A stretch of 64,000 bases of DNA from Spirochaetia bacterium. GTDB taxonomy: Bacteria > Spirochaetota > Spirochaetia > SZUA-6 > Bin103. Each line of letters opens with the position of its first letter. The stretch's first letter is position 1. Below the pieces are notes generated by a model. That model was not told the DNA's origin. It saw nothing but the letters and a program-made list of their open reading frames with translations, and searched no databases. The DNA lies in NCBI GenBank assembly GCA_965203905.1, contig CBDBDQ010000005.1, positions 7,264,001 to 7,328,000 on the forward strand. Direction: 5' to 3'. A program made the translations under genes and the position numbers. Positions 37,580-48,920 of the stretch are shown here, piece after piece.

Positions 37580-37981
37580 ATGTCGATGAGGATCTACATC
37601 ACGAGCATTTTCGTGGACGACCAGGCCAAGGCGTGTGCGTTCTACACCGGCAAGCTTGGCTTCCGGGTCAAGCATGACATTCCGCTGGGCGAGTACCGCT
37701 GGCTGACGCTCACCACGCGAGACGATCCCGATGGCACGGAACTTCTGCTGGAGCCGAGCAATCACGCCGCCGTCCCGCCCTTCAAAGCCGCGCTCATGGC
37801 CGACGGCATTCCCTTCGCCTCCTTCCAGGTAGACGATCTGGACGCCGAATCCAGCCGTCTCCGCAACCTGGGAGTCGAGTTCGTGCAAGCCCCCACTGCC
37901 GCTGGCGACGTCAAGGTGGCCATGCTCAACGACACCTGCGGCAACCTCGTCCAGCTTGTGGAGACACCGCCCGACGGCTAA
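37580..37981 (+). CDS. VOC/glyoxalase family protein
   Basis: IFVDDQAKACAFYTGKLGF, NDTCGNLVQL; paralog of 30081-30476. Confidence 0.92.
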   Translation: MSMRIYITSIFVDDQAKACAFYTGKLGFRVKHDIPLGEYRWLTLTTRDDPDGTELLLEPSNHAAVPPFKAALMADGIPFASFQVDDLDAESSRLRNLGVEFVQAPTAAGDVKVAMLNDTCGNLVQLVETPPDG

Positions 37982-37985
37982 ACGA

Positions 37986-38615
37986 ATGCCCCCGGATCGG
38001 GCCGACGCGACCCCGACCCCTCAAGCAACGAGACGTCAAGCAGTCGTGATCTCCGCCAGCATGGCCGAACCCAGCAGAAGCCGGGCCCTTGCACACTTGG
38101 CCCAAGATCTGGTGGCACGCGATCATCGGTGGACCTGCAGCATGATCGATCTGCGCGAGTTCGACGCCCCGAATTTCGACGATCGTTCGATCTACCGCTG
38201 GCCGGGCTATCGTCGTACCCATCGTATGGTCAGCGGGGCCGACGCCGTCGTGATGGCCAGCCCGGTCTACAACTGGGGATGCTCCTCGGAACTCAAGAAG
38301 TTCATCGAGTACGTCGGATCGACGCCGCCGGACGGGAGCTTGGTAGGCGCCCTGTTCGACAAAGTGGTGACCCTGCTCACCGCCGGCGGAATCTCCGAAA
38401 GCTACATGGCGTTTACCAACACGGCGACGTCGCTGATGCTGGACTTCAAGTGCGTAATCAGCCCCTACAACGTCCATGTGCCGGAAGACGCGTGGAATGC
38501 GCAGGGTGAGCTCGATGACCGCTCGCAGCGCCGCCTGAGGAAGTCGATGGGCGTGATGATGGAACTGGGAGATCGCCTGGCCGACCGCACGTATACCTCA
38601 GGCTGGGAAATTTGA
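37986..38615 (+). CDS. NADPH-dependent FMN reductase family protein
   Basis: ISASMAEPSRS, ADAVVMASPVYNWG..SELKKFIE. Confidence 0.85.
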   Translation: MPPDRADATPTPQATRRQAVVISASMAEPSRSRALAHLAQDLVARDHRWTCSMIDLREFDAPNFDDRSIYRWPGYRRTHRMVSGADAVVMASPVYNWGCSSELKKFIEYVGSTPPDGSLVGALFDKVVTLLTAGGISESYMAFTNTATSLMLDFKCVISPYNVHVPEDAWNAQGELDDRSQRRLRKSMGVMMELGDRLADRTYTSGWEI

Positions 38616-39340
38616 CAGTGCAAGAAAGAGGGGCGGAACCGACCCGCAAGAGGGTTGCCATCGTAACCGCGGCCAGCCGGGGAATCGGCGCGGCCTGTGC
38701 ACGGCAGCTCGCGGCCGACGGGTACTGCGTTGCCCTCATGGCTCGCAGTGAGCAGGTGCTTGCCGTCGCAGAGGAGGTGAACGGCTTCGCGGTGCGCGGC
38801 GATCTGACGCAGCCGCCGGACATTGCCAGGCTGATCGATGCCGTCGGAGAACGCTGGGGCCGGCTCGACGTACTGGTGAACAACGCCGGCGACCCACCCG
38901 GAGGCGATCCGCTGACGTTGCCCGACGCCGCGTGGTTCGATTCGTTCGAGTTGTTGTTCATGAGCGCATTGAGGCTTACCCGTGCGGCTATGCCGCTGTT
39001 GCGCGCGGCCGGCGGCGGCGCCATCGTCAACATCTCCGCCGCGGACGGGTTGGAACCGACCCTGATGTTCCCGATCGGCGGCTCGATGCGCGCCGCGCTG
39101 AGCGCCCTTACCAAGCTGCTCGCGCGTCGGCTGGCAAGCAACCGCATCCGCGTCAACTCGGTACTGCCGTGGGTGGTGCTCGACCCGGACAGCGAGTGGC
39201 GTTCGGAGGAGATCCCGCTGTCGCGTGCCGCCACCCATGCCGAGGTCGCGCAGGTGGTTTCGTTCCTGTGCAGTCCCGCGGGCTCGTACCTCACGGGGGT
39301 CAACCTCCCGGTTGACGGCGGCTGGTCGCGGCGATTGTAA
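38612..39340 (+). CDS. SDR oxidoreductase (atypical, lacks YxxxK)
   Basis: VTAASRGIG, LVNNAG, YLTGVNLPVDGG. Confidence 0.88.
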   Translation: MTVQERGAEPTRKRVAIVTAASRGIGAACARQLAADGYCVALMARSEQVLAVAEEVNGFAVRGDLTQPPDIARLIDAVGERWGRLDVLVNNAGDPPGGDPLTLPDAAWFDSFELLFMSALRLTRAAMPLLRAAGGGAIVNISAADGLEPTLMFPIGGSMRAALSALTKLLARRLASNRIRVNSVLPWVVLDPDSEWRSEEIPLSRAATHAEVAQVVSFLCSPAGSYLTGVNLPVDGGWSRRL

Positions 39341-39346
39341 GGCGCC

Positions 39347-41077
39347 TTACTCCGGTTCCGATGCGAACAGGGTGCGGTACTTGTCGCTGGTGCGCAGCAG
39401 CTCGGCGTGGCTGCCATCCGCAGTGATCCGTCCACCGTCGAGGACCAGGATGCGTGGCAGGTCGACGATCGTGCTCACCCGATGCGCGATGATGATCACC
39501 GTTCCCAGGTAGCGCTCGCCGAGCAGCTTCTGATTGATCGACCGTGCGGTGGGGTCGTCGAGTTGGGAAGTCGCCTCATCCAGAACCAGGATCGGACGAT
39601 CGAGCAGCATGGTACGGGCGAGAATCAACCGTTGCCGCTCCCCGGCCGAGAGCCTGCGCCCCCGTTCGCCGACGACCGCGTCGAGACCTCCGGGCAGGCG
39701 CTTGACGAGCTCCAGGAGCTGGGCATCCGCGCACACCGCCAGCAGCTCGCCGTCGCTACTTCGAGGGCGCGCCAGCAGGAGATTGTCCCTGATCGACATG
39801 TTGTAGACGACGCTGTCCTGGCCGATGAGAATTGCGGTCCCCAGTGCCCGCATGCCGTCGGAAGGCCGCAAGCGGCGGCCGCCGATGCGCAACTCGCCCG
39901 ATGTCGCCAGTTGCTGCCCGGCGACGATGCGCGCAATGGATGACTTTCCGCTGCCGGACGAGCCCACGATGGCTATCCGGGTGTTGGCGGGTATGGCGCA
40001 GTCGACGCCATGCAGAACAGGCTCGGCGCCTTCGTACGCGAGGGTCACATCATGCAGCTCGATGTCGGGCGCGCGAGCAGGCACGAGCCGCGCACTCGGC
40101 GGTGGTATCTGCGGCCACCCGGCTACTTCGAAGGAGCGTTGCAGGCGCGGCTCGAGGTTGCCCAGCTCGACGTTGAGTGCGTTGATTCGATCCGCTGCAT
40201 CCAGGACGCGTACGAAGTAACGCATGAACGCAATCAAACCGCCCAAGGTCAGTGCCCCGGCGAAGATCAGTATGCCGCCGAGAAAGTACAGCGTTGCTTG
40301 CGAGACGTAGTGTTCCTGTAGGCGTCCTATGGCGTGCTGCAGGTACGTAAAGGTGTGGCTTGCCCCACGCAGCCGGTCGATTCTGCGCAGCCAGCCCGCC
40401 ATCTTCGCCCTCTGTGCCTCCTCGATCGCCAGCATGCGCACTTCGCGCCAGCCGAGCAGCGATTCGTGCAGCCACGCGGACCATCGTCCCAGCGCTTCCC
40501 GGTGCGCGCGACTGCGCACGCCGGCTTGCCGCTTGATCCACCTCCCCACCAGCCAGATGACGGTCGTGAGCGCGGTTGCGGCCAGTGCGAGCTGCCAGCT
40601 CATGGCGACGCAGACCACGCCCCCGACGACTATGAGACACCAATTGAAGATGCGCTCGATCCGCTGCAGCAGCAGTGCGCCCAATTCCTCCGTGTCGTCC
40701 TCCACCCGTTTGAGCAGCTCACCGGGGGCGTGACGCATCAGCTCGCTCCATGGGAGCCGCTGCATGGACCGAAAGACCCGCATCCGCTGACGGAAGACCA
40801 CGCGGTGCACGGCGCGGTTCTGAACCCAGATCTCCACCGCCTTGAGTATGGTTTCCACCACGTAGACCGTGATGAATCCACCCAGCAGAAGCCACAGGCG
40901 ATCGGCGTTCCGACCGACCAGGACCTCGTCGACGATCAGCCCGATCAGCGCCGGCGGGATGAGCGTAGTGGCGACCAGGAGGCCCTTGAGCGCCACCAGC
41001 AGCATGGCCAACCGGCGCGCCGGACGCAACGCGACCTTGGCTTGGCTCCGCATGCGGGCGGAAGCGTCGATTTTCAC
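39347..41077 (-). CDS. ABC exporter, fused permease/ATPase
   Basis: N-terminal TMD; GSSGSGKS, LSAGERQR, LDEATSQLD. Confidence 0.9.
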   Translation of the reverse strand: MKIDASARMRSQAKVALRPARRLAMLLVALKGLLVATTLIPPALIGLIVDEVLVGRNADRLWLLLGGFITVYVVETILKAVEIWVQNRAVHRVVFRQRMRVFRSMQRLPWSELMRHAPGELLKRVEDDTEELGALLLQRIERIFNWCLIVVGGVVCVAMSWQLALAATALTTVIWLVGRWIKRQAGVRSRAHREALGRWSAWLHESLLGWREVRMLAIEEAQRAKMAGWLRRIDRLRGASHTFTYLQHAIGRLQEHYVSQATLYFLGGILIFAGALTLGGLIAFMRYFVRVLDAADRINALNVELGNLEPRLQRSFEVAGWPQIPPPSARLVPARAPDIELHDVTLAYEGAEPVLHGVDCAIPANTRIAIVGSSGSGKSSIARIVAGQQLATSGELRIGGRRLRPSDGMRALGTAILIGQDSVVYNMSIRDNLLLARPRSSDGELLAVCADAQLLELVKRLPGGLDAVVGERGRRLSAGERQRLILARTMLLDRPILVLDEATSQLDDPTARSINQKLLGERYLGTVIIIAHRVSTIVDLPRILVLDGGRITADGSHAELLRTSDKYRTLFASEPE

Positions 41078-42840
41078 CCAACCTGTTCCTGGAAGAGCCG
41101 CTGATAGGGGGCGCAGTCGCGGATCAATTCGTCGTGCGAGCCGGATGCGGCAATCACGCCGTCGTCGAGGACCAGGATGCGCCGACAGTCGATGATCGAA
41201 CTCAGACGATGGGCAATGATGATGGTCGACTGGCGCCGATCGGCGTCGAACAGCCGACGATAGATGGAGCGCTCCGTGTCGGGATCGACCGCTGAGAGGC
41301 CCTCGTCGATCACCAGCACGGCCGGTTGCCGCAGTAGCACTCGGGCCAGCTCCAGCCGCTGCTTCTCGCCCGCTGAAAGCGTCCGGCCCTCCGACCCGAT
41401 CATTGTTTCCAGTCCGTCCGGGAAGCTGCGCAGGGTGTCACTGATCTGTGCTATCCGGCAGGCATCCCACAGCGACTCCTCCGAGATTGGCTCGGCGTCC
41501 CCATTCGACACTTCCAAGCAGAGATTTGCACGCGCGGTATCGCTGAATATCAGCGGATCCTGCTGCACGAACCCAAACCACTTCCGCACCGACGCGGGGG
41601 AATAGTGGGCGAGCTTGTGCGCATCGATCGTGATCGAGCCAGTCTCGGGGTCGCGCAGCCGTGCAAGCAGCGTCACGATCGATGACTTGCCTGCGCCGCT
41701 GCTTCCCACGATCGCCACCTGTTCGCCGGGCTCGACCCGTAGCGAGATCCCCTGCAGCACCGGGACCTCCTGCCGATAACAAAAGCGCACGTCATCGAAG
41801 ACGACCGCGCGTGGGGTCGCGTCGAGGGCGGGGCCGGCGTCTATCTCGGCCGGCAACTCCAGCACAGCGCGGATGCGGTCCACTCCGACCGAGTAGGTAC
41901 GCATGCGAAACAGCATGTCGCTGAGTTCACTGAGCTCCGTGCGGGCCGTTACGAAGTAGGTTGCCACCGCGATGTATCCACCGATCGTGAGACGGTCGGA
42001 CAGGACCAGCGCACTCACCGCTACGAAGAAAGCGATCTCCAGCGCCGTCGCGAGCAGTTCGCGAACCCGTTCCGCGGAGAGCTCCACCAGCGACTGTCTC
42101 ACCTTGAGTTGAATCAAGCCCCGTAGCCTGGCCACCAGCCAGCGCGCCACGGTGGAAGTGGCTCCCATCTGCTGGAGATCGGCGGTGCCGCGGATGATCT
42201 CGAACAGCCAGCTCGAATAGCCGCCGTACCGCGTACGAAGCGCGTCGGCCACGCGCCGCCCGCGCAGGCCCATCAGATGAGCGAGGAGAGCGGTAAGGGG
42301 CGCCGCTATGGCAGCCATGAGCGCCAGCAGCGGGCTGATGGCTCCCATGAACAGCAGCGCGATCACCAGGCCAATGAACGCATCCGGTATCCAGATGCCG
42401 AACACGTCCACGTACCAGGTGATCTGCTGCGCATCGGTCTCCACCGTCTCGGCCAGGTCGCCGGTCTTCCTGCGCTCGAGCAACTCGCTCCGGACGGAGA
42501 GAATGCGGCGAAATATGCGCCGTCGCACCTTGGAGTCGAAGTCGGTGACCTTGTACACCCAGGAGACGTGACCGATGGCGAACAACCCTTCGTTGGCAAC
42601 CAGCATCATGGCGAAGCACAGCGCCAGCGCCGGGACCAGCGACAGGTCGCGGTGGGTAATCACTTGGTCGACGACCAGCGCGTACACGATGGGCAGCAGA
42701 GCGCGGAAGAAGTGGGTGAACAGGGCATTGACGAGCGACGTGACCCACGCCATCCGGTCGCCGCGCGCCATCCGCCATGCGAACGCCAGACGGCCGCGGT
42801 GCCCTGTCGTGGTGGAGGCGGCGTCGGGGTCGGGGCTCAT
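41074..42840 (-). CDS. ABC exporter, fused permease/ATPase
   Basis: TMD; GSSGAGKS, LSAGEKQR, IDEGLSAVD. Confidence 0.9.
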   Translation of the reverse strand: MSPDPDAASTTTGHRGRLAFAWRMARGDRMAWVTSLVNALFTHFFRALLPIVYALVVDQVITHRDLSLVPALALCFAMMLVANEGLFAIGHVSWVYKVTDFDSKVRRRIFRRILSVRSELLERRKTGDLAETVETDAQQITWYVDVFGIWIPDAFIGLVIALLFMGAISPLLALMAAIAAPLTALLAHLMGLRGRRVADALRTRYGGYSSWLFEIIRGTADLQQMGATSTVARWLVARLRGLIQLKVRQSLVELSAERVRELLATALEIAFFVAVSALVLSDRLTIGGYIAVATYFVTARTELSELSDMLFRMRTYSVGVDRIRAVLELPAEIDAGPALDATPRAVVFDDVRFCYRQEVPVLQGISLRVEPGEQVAIVGSSGAGKSSIVTLLARLRDPETGSITIDAHKLAHYSPASVRKWFGFVQQDPLIFSDTARANLCLEVSNGDAEPISEESLWDACRIAQISDTLRSFPDGLETMIGSEGRTLSAGEKQRLELARVLLRQPAVLVIDEGLSAVDPDTERSIYRRLFDADRRQSTIIIAHRLSSIIDCRRILVLDDGVIAASGSHDELIRDCAPYQRLFQEQVG

Positions 42841-43244
42841 CGGTCGCGCCGAAAGAGCACCGTCACGGCGTAGCTGAGCAGCGATCGCTCACTCACGGCG
42901 AGCTCGATGGTGGCCTCGGGAGTGTCGATACTGGCGTTCGGGCGTGCCCACACGCGGGTTCCTGTCACCGTGCTCTCGCGACGGAACAGCATCGCCTCAT
43001 GCCGCCGCCCATTGCCGTCGACGATCGATACCCGTTCCGTGGAGGCTTCCGGTGGCGCGGGAAAGTCGGCGACGAACAGCCCGTCATCGGTCGGGCTGGC
43101 CACTGCCGAGACGAACTCCGGGACGGTTGTCGCGGTCGCCACCAGCCACAGGCCATAAAGGGTGGCGACCGACAGGATGATGCCGACCACCGGGGTCTTG
43201 GCCACCAGCACGCGGAGGCGCCGGCGGAAGATGTCTGATGGCAA
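42837..43244 (-). CDS. Small membrane-anchored accessory protein (minimal HlyD/MFP-like)
   Basis: N-terminal TM helix, beta-rich core, C-terminal ATIELAVSERSLLSY; ATGA overlap with the ABC gene. Confidence 0.55.
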   Translation of the reverse strand: MPSDIFRRRLRVLVAKTPVVGIILSVATLYGLWLVATATTVPEFVSAVASPTDDGLFVADFPAPPEASTERVSIVDGNGRRHEAMLFRRESTVTGTRVWARPNASIDTPEATIELAVSERSLLSYAVTVLFRRDR

Positions 43245-43498
43245 CGATCTACTCGGCGTCCATCAGAGGCTGGTCCGCACGGGCCCATCGCGGACAGACT
43301 TTCGATCATCCGTGCAACGAGGGGTTTGCATCGTCATTCTTCGGGCTCGCCTCACCACTGTGACACGAAAGCACTCTGGCGTCAGCCGGTTCAACCGATC
43401 CGGGCGCAGCCGTCGTTGCCGCCAGACGATCGCGATCCAGAGTCGCCTGACATACCTGGCTCCGCCTCGCACTGCGGTCCACAGTCCTCTCCGCGGCC

Positions 43499-43534
43499 AC
43501 TCGCCGCCCTTACTCGCCGCCCCCTCGCCGCCCT
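43499..43534 (+). repeat. Three copies of CTCGCCGCCC in divergent intergenic region
   Basis: actcgccgccctt-actcgccgccc-cctcgccgccct. Confidence 0.5.
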
Positions 43535-43599
43535 GTCGGCACTTGCAATCGAAAGTCGGATAGGTGACACTCTCCGCCCGGTGTTCTCGGATTTCCCGT

Positions 43600-44598
<999 letters not shown>

Positions 44599-44603
44599 GC
44601 GCC

Positions 44604-45395
44604 GTGCTGCGCATCTACTGGATCTACTTGAAAACCGCGCTGGCGGAACAGCTTCAGTATCGCTTTGCAGCGGTGATCTACATGTCGAACCGCGTTATCG
44701 AGCCTACCGTGCTGCTCGCGATATGGAGTGCAGTCGCTACCGCTCGTGGCGAGGTAGGAGGTTACTCTGCAGCCGATTTCGCGGCATATTTCATCGCCAC
44801 GATGGTGGTCAATCAGCTAACCTACTCGGCGACCTTCCACTACTTCGAGTGGAGGGTACGGAGCGGAGAGCTGTCCCTTGAGCTGCTCCGGCCGCTGCAT
44901 CCGATTCATGCCGATATCCCGGCGAATCTTGGCGAAAAGTCATTCACTCTGTTAGCCATGATACCGGTGGTAGTGGTGCTGTCCATTCTGTTCCAGCCAT
45001 CATTTGACAGTAACCCTACTATGTTCTTACTGGCATTCGCAGCCCTTGTCCCAGCGTATTGTATTCGTTTCTTTACGGATTGGACATTTGCGATGTCCGC
45101 TTTTTGGACCACCCGCGCATCGGCTTTAGCTGAGATCTACCTGGTGTTCGAACTGTTCTTCTACGGTCGCTTTGCGCCGCTGGAGCTGCTTCCGCCGTGG
45201 CTTGAGCGAATCTCCTGGCTGCTGCCATTTCGGTGGGCAGTATGGTTTCCGGTCGAGTTGGCACTGAATCGTCTGAGTCACGACGAAATCGTAACTGGTT
45301 TTCTGATGCAGGCGCTCTGGTTGGTAGTGACGCTGGTCTGTCTACGTATCGTCTGGTTACGCGGATTGCGCAAGTTCACGGCAGTGGGTGGATAG
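44604..45395 (+). CDS. ABC-2 family permease (DUF990/ABC2_membrane_6)
   Basis: LQYR, VRSGELSLELLRPL, LPF, RGLRKFTAVGG. Confidence 0.88.
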   Translation: MLRIYWIYLKTALAEQLQYRFAAVIYMSNRVIEPTVLLAIWSAVATARGEVGGYSAADFAAYFIATMVVNQLTYSATFHYFEWRVRSGELSLELLRPLHPIHADIPANLGEKSFTLLAMIPVVVVLSILFQPSFDSNPTMFLLAFAALVPAYCIRFFTDWTFAMSAFWTTRASALAEIYLVFELFFYGRFAPLELLPPWLERISWLLPFRWAVWFPVELALNRLSHDEIVTGFLMQALWLVVTLVCLRIVWLRGLRKFTAVGG

Positions 45396-46181
45396 ATGCA
45401 GCGAGTACGCATCGTGTGGACGTTCTTCAAGATCGGTCTGCTCAACGAGTTCGCCTATCGCGCCAATCTCTACCTGCAACTGGTCCAGTCTTGTGCCGCG
45501 GTGGCGATGGCGTTCGGCGGGTTGGTCGTTGTCTTCGGCCACACCGAAACGATCGGTGGGTGGGGGCCTGACGAGGTACTTGCGGTACTCGGAGTGTACT
45601 TGATCATGGGCGCGGCCATCTCCGGCGCAATAGCGCCGAGTATGCGGAAACTGATGGAGGATGTGCGCCGGGGTACGCTGGACTACACATTGACCAAGCC
45701 TGAGGGAAGTCAGTTTCTGGTCAGCATCGGCGAATTCCGCGTATGGAAGCTGGTCGACGCGGTGATCGGGATGATAGTACTGGGCGCAGCACTGCGCCAA
45801 CATGGAGTGGCACTGGGGGCGGCTGATGCCGCCTTGTTCGGAGCCACGATGGTGGCCGGAGGGGCGATCATTTACAGTTTCTTCCTGACCATGGGCGCCT
45901 TGTCATTCTGGTTCCTGCGTATTCAAAACATCATGCTCATCTTCCACAACATGTACCAGGCGGCGCGCTGGCCCATCGGTGTATATCCGCGCTGGCTACG
46001 TATCATTCTGACGTTTGTCGTACCGGTGGCGATTGCTATCACGGTACCGTCAGAGGCTCTCGTATCGCGCCTTACGAGCGAACGGGTCGCGGCAGTCGTG
46101 CTCGCCACACTGCTCTCTTTGACAGTATCCCGGCTGATTTGGCTGCGCGGAGTCAGACACTACTCCGGGGCATCTGCATAA
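45396..46181 (+). CDS. ABC-2 family permease
   Basis: AYRANL, VRRGTLDYTLTKP, RWPIGVYP, GVRHYSGASA. Confidence 0.88.
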   Translation: MQRVRIVWTFFKIGLLNEFAYRANLYLQLVQSCAAVAMAFGGLVVVFGHTETIGGWGPDEVLAVLGVYLIMGAAISGAIAPSMRKLMEDVRRGTLDYTLTKPEGSQFLVSIGEFRVWKLVDAVIGMIVLGAALRQHGVALGAADAALFGATMVAGGAIIYSFFLTMGALSFWFLRIQNIMLIFHNMYQAARWPIGVYPRWLRIILTFVVPVAIAITVPSEALVSRLTSERVAAVVLATLLSLTVSRLIWLRGVRHYSGASA

Positions 46182-46338
46182 TCGAGTACGTACCACGGCC
46201 ACAACGAAGTGTATGACGGTTGGTTATGTCTACTGATTCTCACCCACCGACGCCCCTGCGTACGACGAAATGATCGAATCGCCGTGATCAAAGTTGCTGC
46301 GCCCCACCGCGCCGTCCGCAGGTCGTAAGGGCTCCCGG

Positions 46339-46839
46339 GTGGAGATTCAGCGCGGCGGGTTTCACCTTCGGAGGTTCGTTATCGGCGACCTCGCTGGGGT
46401 GCTTGGGCTCGTCCACATGACTGTCGACCGGTCGTACGCGACAACCTACTGCCTCGAAGCGCGCGCCGCGTTCAAGGAATACGCCTCGGCGGACCGGATC
46501 GCGGCGGATGCGAACGCCGGGCTCACCTTGGTCGCCGAGTCCAACGGCGAGGTGGTTGGCACCGCGTCACTGGTCGGCGATGAGATCAGCAGAACCTACG
46601 TGCATCCCGACTACCAGGGCCACGGTCTGGGGAAAGGGCTCATGGCGCTCCTGGAACGTGAGGCCCTGCAACGCGGGCTGGGCGAGGTACGTCTGCACTC
46701 CTCACTCAACGCTGAACGGTTCTACCTCGGCTTGGGATACGAAGTAACCGAGACCGGCGCCATCCCTGTCGCAAACGGACAGGAGCTACCCTATTTCCGC
46801 ATGCGCAAACGATTGTCATCTCCTGACTTGTATCGCTGA
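46339..46839 (+). CDS. GNAT N-acetyltransferase
   Basis: YVHPDYQGHGLGKGLM, SSLNAERFYLGLGY. Confidence 0.88.
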   Translation: MEIQRGGFHLRRFVIGDLAGVLGLVHMTVDRSYATTYCLEARAAFKEYASADRIAADANAGLTLVAESNGEVVGTASLVGDEISRTYVHPDYQGHGLGKGLMALLEREALQRGLGEVRLHSSLNAERFYLGLGYEVTETGAIPVANGQELPYFRMRKRLSSPDLYR

Positions 46840-47015
46840 ACGTTGATCTCGCTCGAGCGTTGTGAGCGCATCTGTGCAGCGTCATACCACGCCAGCATCC
46901 GCAGCAGCAGGTCCATGCCCACGTCGAACGCCTTCTCGATACGCAGCGCCATCTCCGGCGACAGCACGGCTCTGCGGTTCAGAAATTCCGAAAGCGTCGC
47001 CTGGAGCACCCCCAC
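46791..47015 (-). pseudogene. higA: 5'-truncated HigA antitoxin
   Basis: GVLQATLSEFLNRRAVLSPEMALRIEKAFDVGMDLLLRMLAWYD; N-terminal HPG segment and higB absent. Confidence 0.75.
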
Positions 47016-47121
47016 AGTATTGTGTATTGTATTGAGCGCGGCCTCAACAAAGCTGTGGAACGCATGACAGTCTGACGAGCCGCCCCGATACTCGAAGAAA
47101 ATAGTTTGGAGACGCTGTTCG

Positions 47122-48108
47122 ATGGACTCGCCCGTGGTCGTGGCTCGCGCTTTGACCAAGGACTTCAAGGTCGCACAGAAGACGAGTGGCCCGTTGAGCA
47201 CGCTACGCCACTTTGTCCGCCGCCGGTACCGCTTGGTACGCGCCGTCGACTCGGTTTCCTTCGCGATACGCGCGGGGGAGCGAGTGGCCATATTGGGTGC
47301 CAACGGCGCCGGCAAGACCACCTTGGTCAAGCTGATGTGCGGCCTGCTGCGCCCCACCGGCGGCCGCGTCGAGTTACTCGGCACGGAGCCGATCACACGT
47401 GAGATCTCCGTTCGCCGGCAAACGGGCTTGGTCTTGGCGGGGCGGGTCCGTCTCTGGCCCGAGCTCACCGCAAACGACAATTTCGAGTTGCTGTACTCAC
47501 TCTACGGCCTGGATGCCGCGGCACACGCCAAGCGCACGGCGCGGCTCGCCACGCTTCTGGGAGTTTCCGGCGACCTGAGTGCCCAAGTGCGGAAGCTGTC
47601 GTTCGGGACGCGCACCAAGCTGGAACTGATTGCTGGGCTACTGCACGCTCCGCGAGTCGTATTCCTGGACGAGCCGACCGTCGGGGTGGACAACCGTACC
47701 CGCGAGGCGCTGCACGACTTTCTCGGCTCTGATCGCGCGGACGGTCTTGGTCGTGACGTGGCGCTGGTGCTCACGTCACACAATCTCGCCGACATCACCC
47801 GCATCGCCCGCCGAGTCCTCCTGATCCGGGAGGGTCGCCTGGTATTCGACGGAATGTTGAGCGACGTGGTCGCCGCGGCGCGAGAAGCAGTGCGCATCAA
47901 GGTGAGAGGTCGCCGTCTGCGAGAGGCAGCGCTGCCCGATGCCCGCGTGGTCAGGAACACGCCGGACCAGTTGGAGCTTGCCGTCCACCCGCACGCCGTC
48001 CGCCGGGTCTTGGCGGCGGTTACCGAGCTACGGGACGTGCAGGACGTGCATACCGACGTGCCGAGCGCGGAGGAGGCGCTACAGGAATTGTACCGACACT
48101 ACGGATGA
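47122..48108 (+). CDS. ABC-2-type exporter ATP-binding subunit
   Basis: GANGAGKTT, LSFGTRTK, LDEPTVGVD. Confidence 0.9.
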   Translation: MDSPVVVARALTKDFKVAQKTSGPLSTLRHFVRRRYRLVRAVDSVSFAIRAGERVAILGANGAGKTTLVKLMCGLLRPTGGRVELLGTEPITREISVRRQTGLVLAGRVRLWPELTANDNFELLYSLYGLDAAAHAKRTARLATLLGVSGDLSAQVRKLSFGTRTKLELIAGLLHAPRVVFLDEPTVGVDNRTREALHDFLGSDRADGLGRDVALVLTSHNLADITRIARRVLLIREGRLVFDGMLSDVVAAAREAVRIKVRGRRLREAALPDARVVRNTPDQLELAVHPHAVRRVLAAVTELRDVQDVHTDVPSAEEALQELYRHYG

Positions 48109-48920
48109 ACACTTTCCGCCGTATGGTCGTGGCCATCGGAGAGGCGCCTAGGGTGACCTGGAGCCTGACCACGGCACTCGTCACCCAGTCGATGGAATAT
48201 CGCGCTGACTATCTGCTCAACTTTGGAATGTCGCTGTTGCCGACCCTGATGCTCACATTCGTCTGGTGGTCGATCGAGGGAGCGCGCGGCCCTGATCGTT
48301 GGGACCTGCTGGCGTACTTCCTGGCCGTGCTGCTGTTGGAGCAGCTCACCAACTCTGACAATTTCCAGTGGCGACTGGCGCGGCGCATTCAGAGCGGTGA
48401 TGTCGAACTGGAAGCGCTGGTCGGTACCCCCTTGAGCACCGTTTGGTTCGGGACCGCACTTGGTATGCGAGCCGGACAGTTCCTCGCCAAGAGTCCGGGC
48501 TTATTGCTGCTCGCCGCGGGAGTGGTGCTGGCTGGCTCATGGCAGAGCATCGGGCACTTTGGATACGCGGTTCTGGCCATCTGTGGTGCCTTCGTCGTTC
48601 GCTTCCTTCTGTCCGTCACGGTGTCGGCACTCACATTCTGGATCGATGACGTCGCCGGCATCTACTTCAGCATCCAGTTGGCGGCGAGCGTGTTGTCCGG
48701 CCGTCTGATCCCGATCGACCGGCTCGGCGCGCCGGTCGAGTCGGTGCTCGCGATGACGCCCTTCTACTACATGGTCTTCGCGCCGGCGACGGTGCTGGCA
48801 GGGAGCATCCCGGAGCATCCCGTCCTGGTGGGGCAACTGGTGTGGACGGCGCTTCTGCTGGCCACGGCCTGGGTACTCACACGCGCCGGCCTCCGGCGCT
48901 ATGCGAATGTCGCCGCGTAA
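48105..48920 (+). CDS. ABC-2 family permease
   Basis: MEYRADY, IQSGD, LSGRLIPI, TPF, AGLRRY. Confidence 0.8.
   Translation: MNTFRRMVVAIGEAPRVTWSLTTALVTQSMEYRADYLLNFGMSLLPTLMLTFVWWSIEGARGPDRWDLLAYFLAVLLLEQLTNSDNFQWRLARRIQSGDVELEALVGTPLSTVWFGTALGMRAGQFLAKSPGLLLLAAGVVLAGSWQSIGHFGYAVLAICGAFVVRFLLSVTVSALTFWIDDVAGIYFSIQLAASVLSGRLIPIDRLGAPVESVLAMTPFYYMVFAPATVLAGSIPEHPVLVGQLVWTALLLATAWVLTRAGLRRYANVAA

Noticed and set aside
43263-43500. RiPP precursor peptide upstream of the ABC exporter pair
   Set aside because: No leader motif, RBS or neighbouring modification enzymes.
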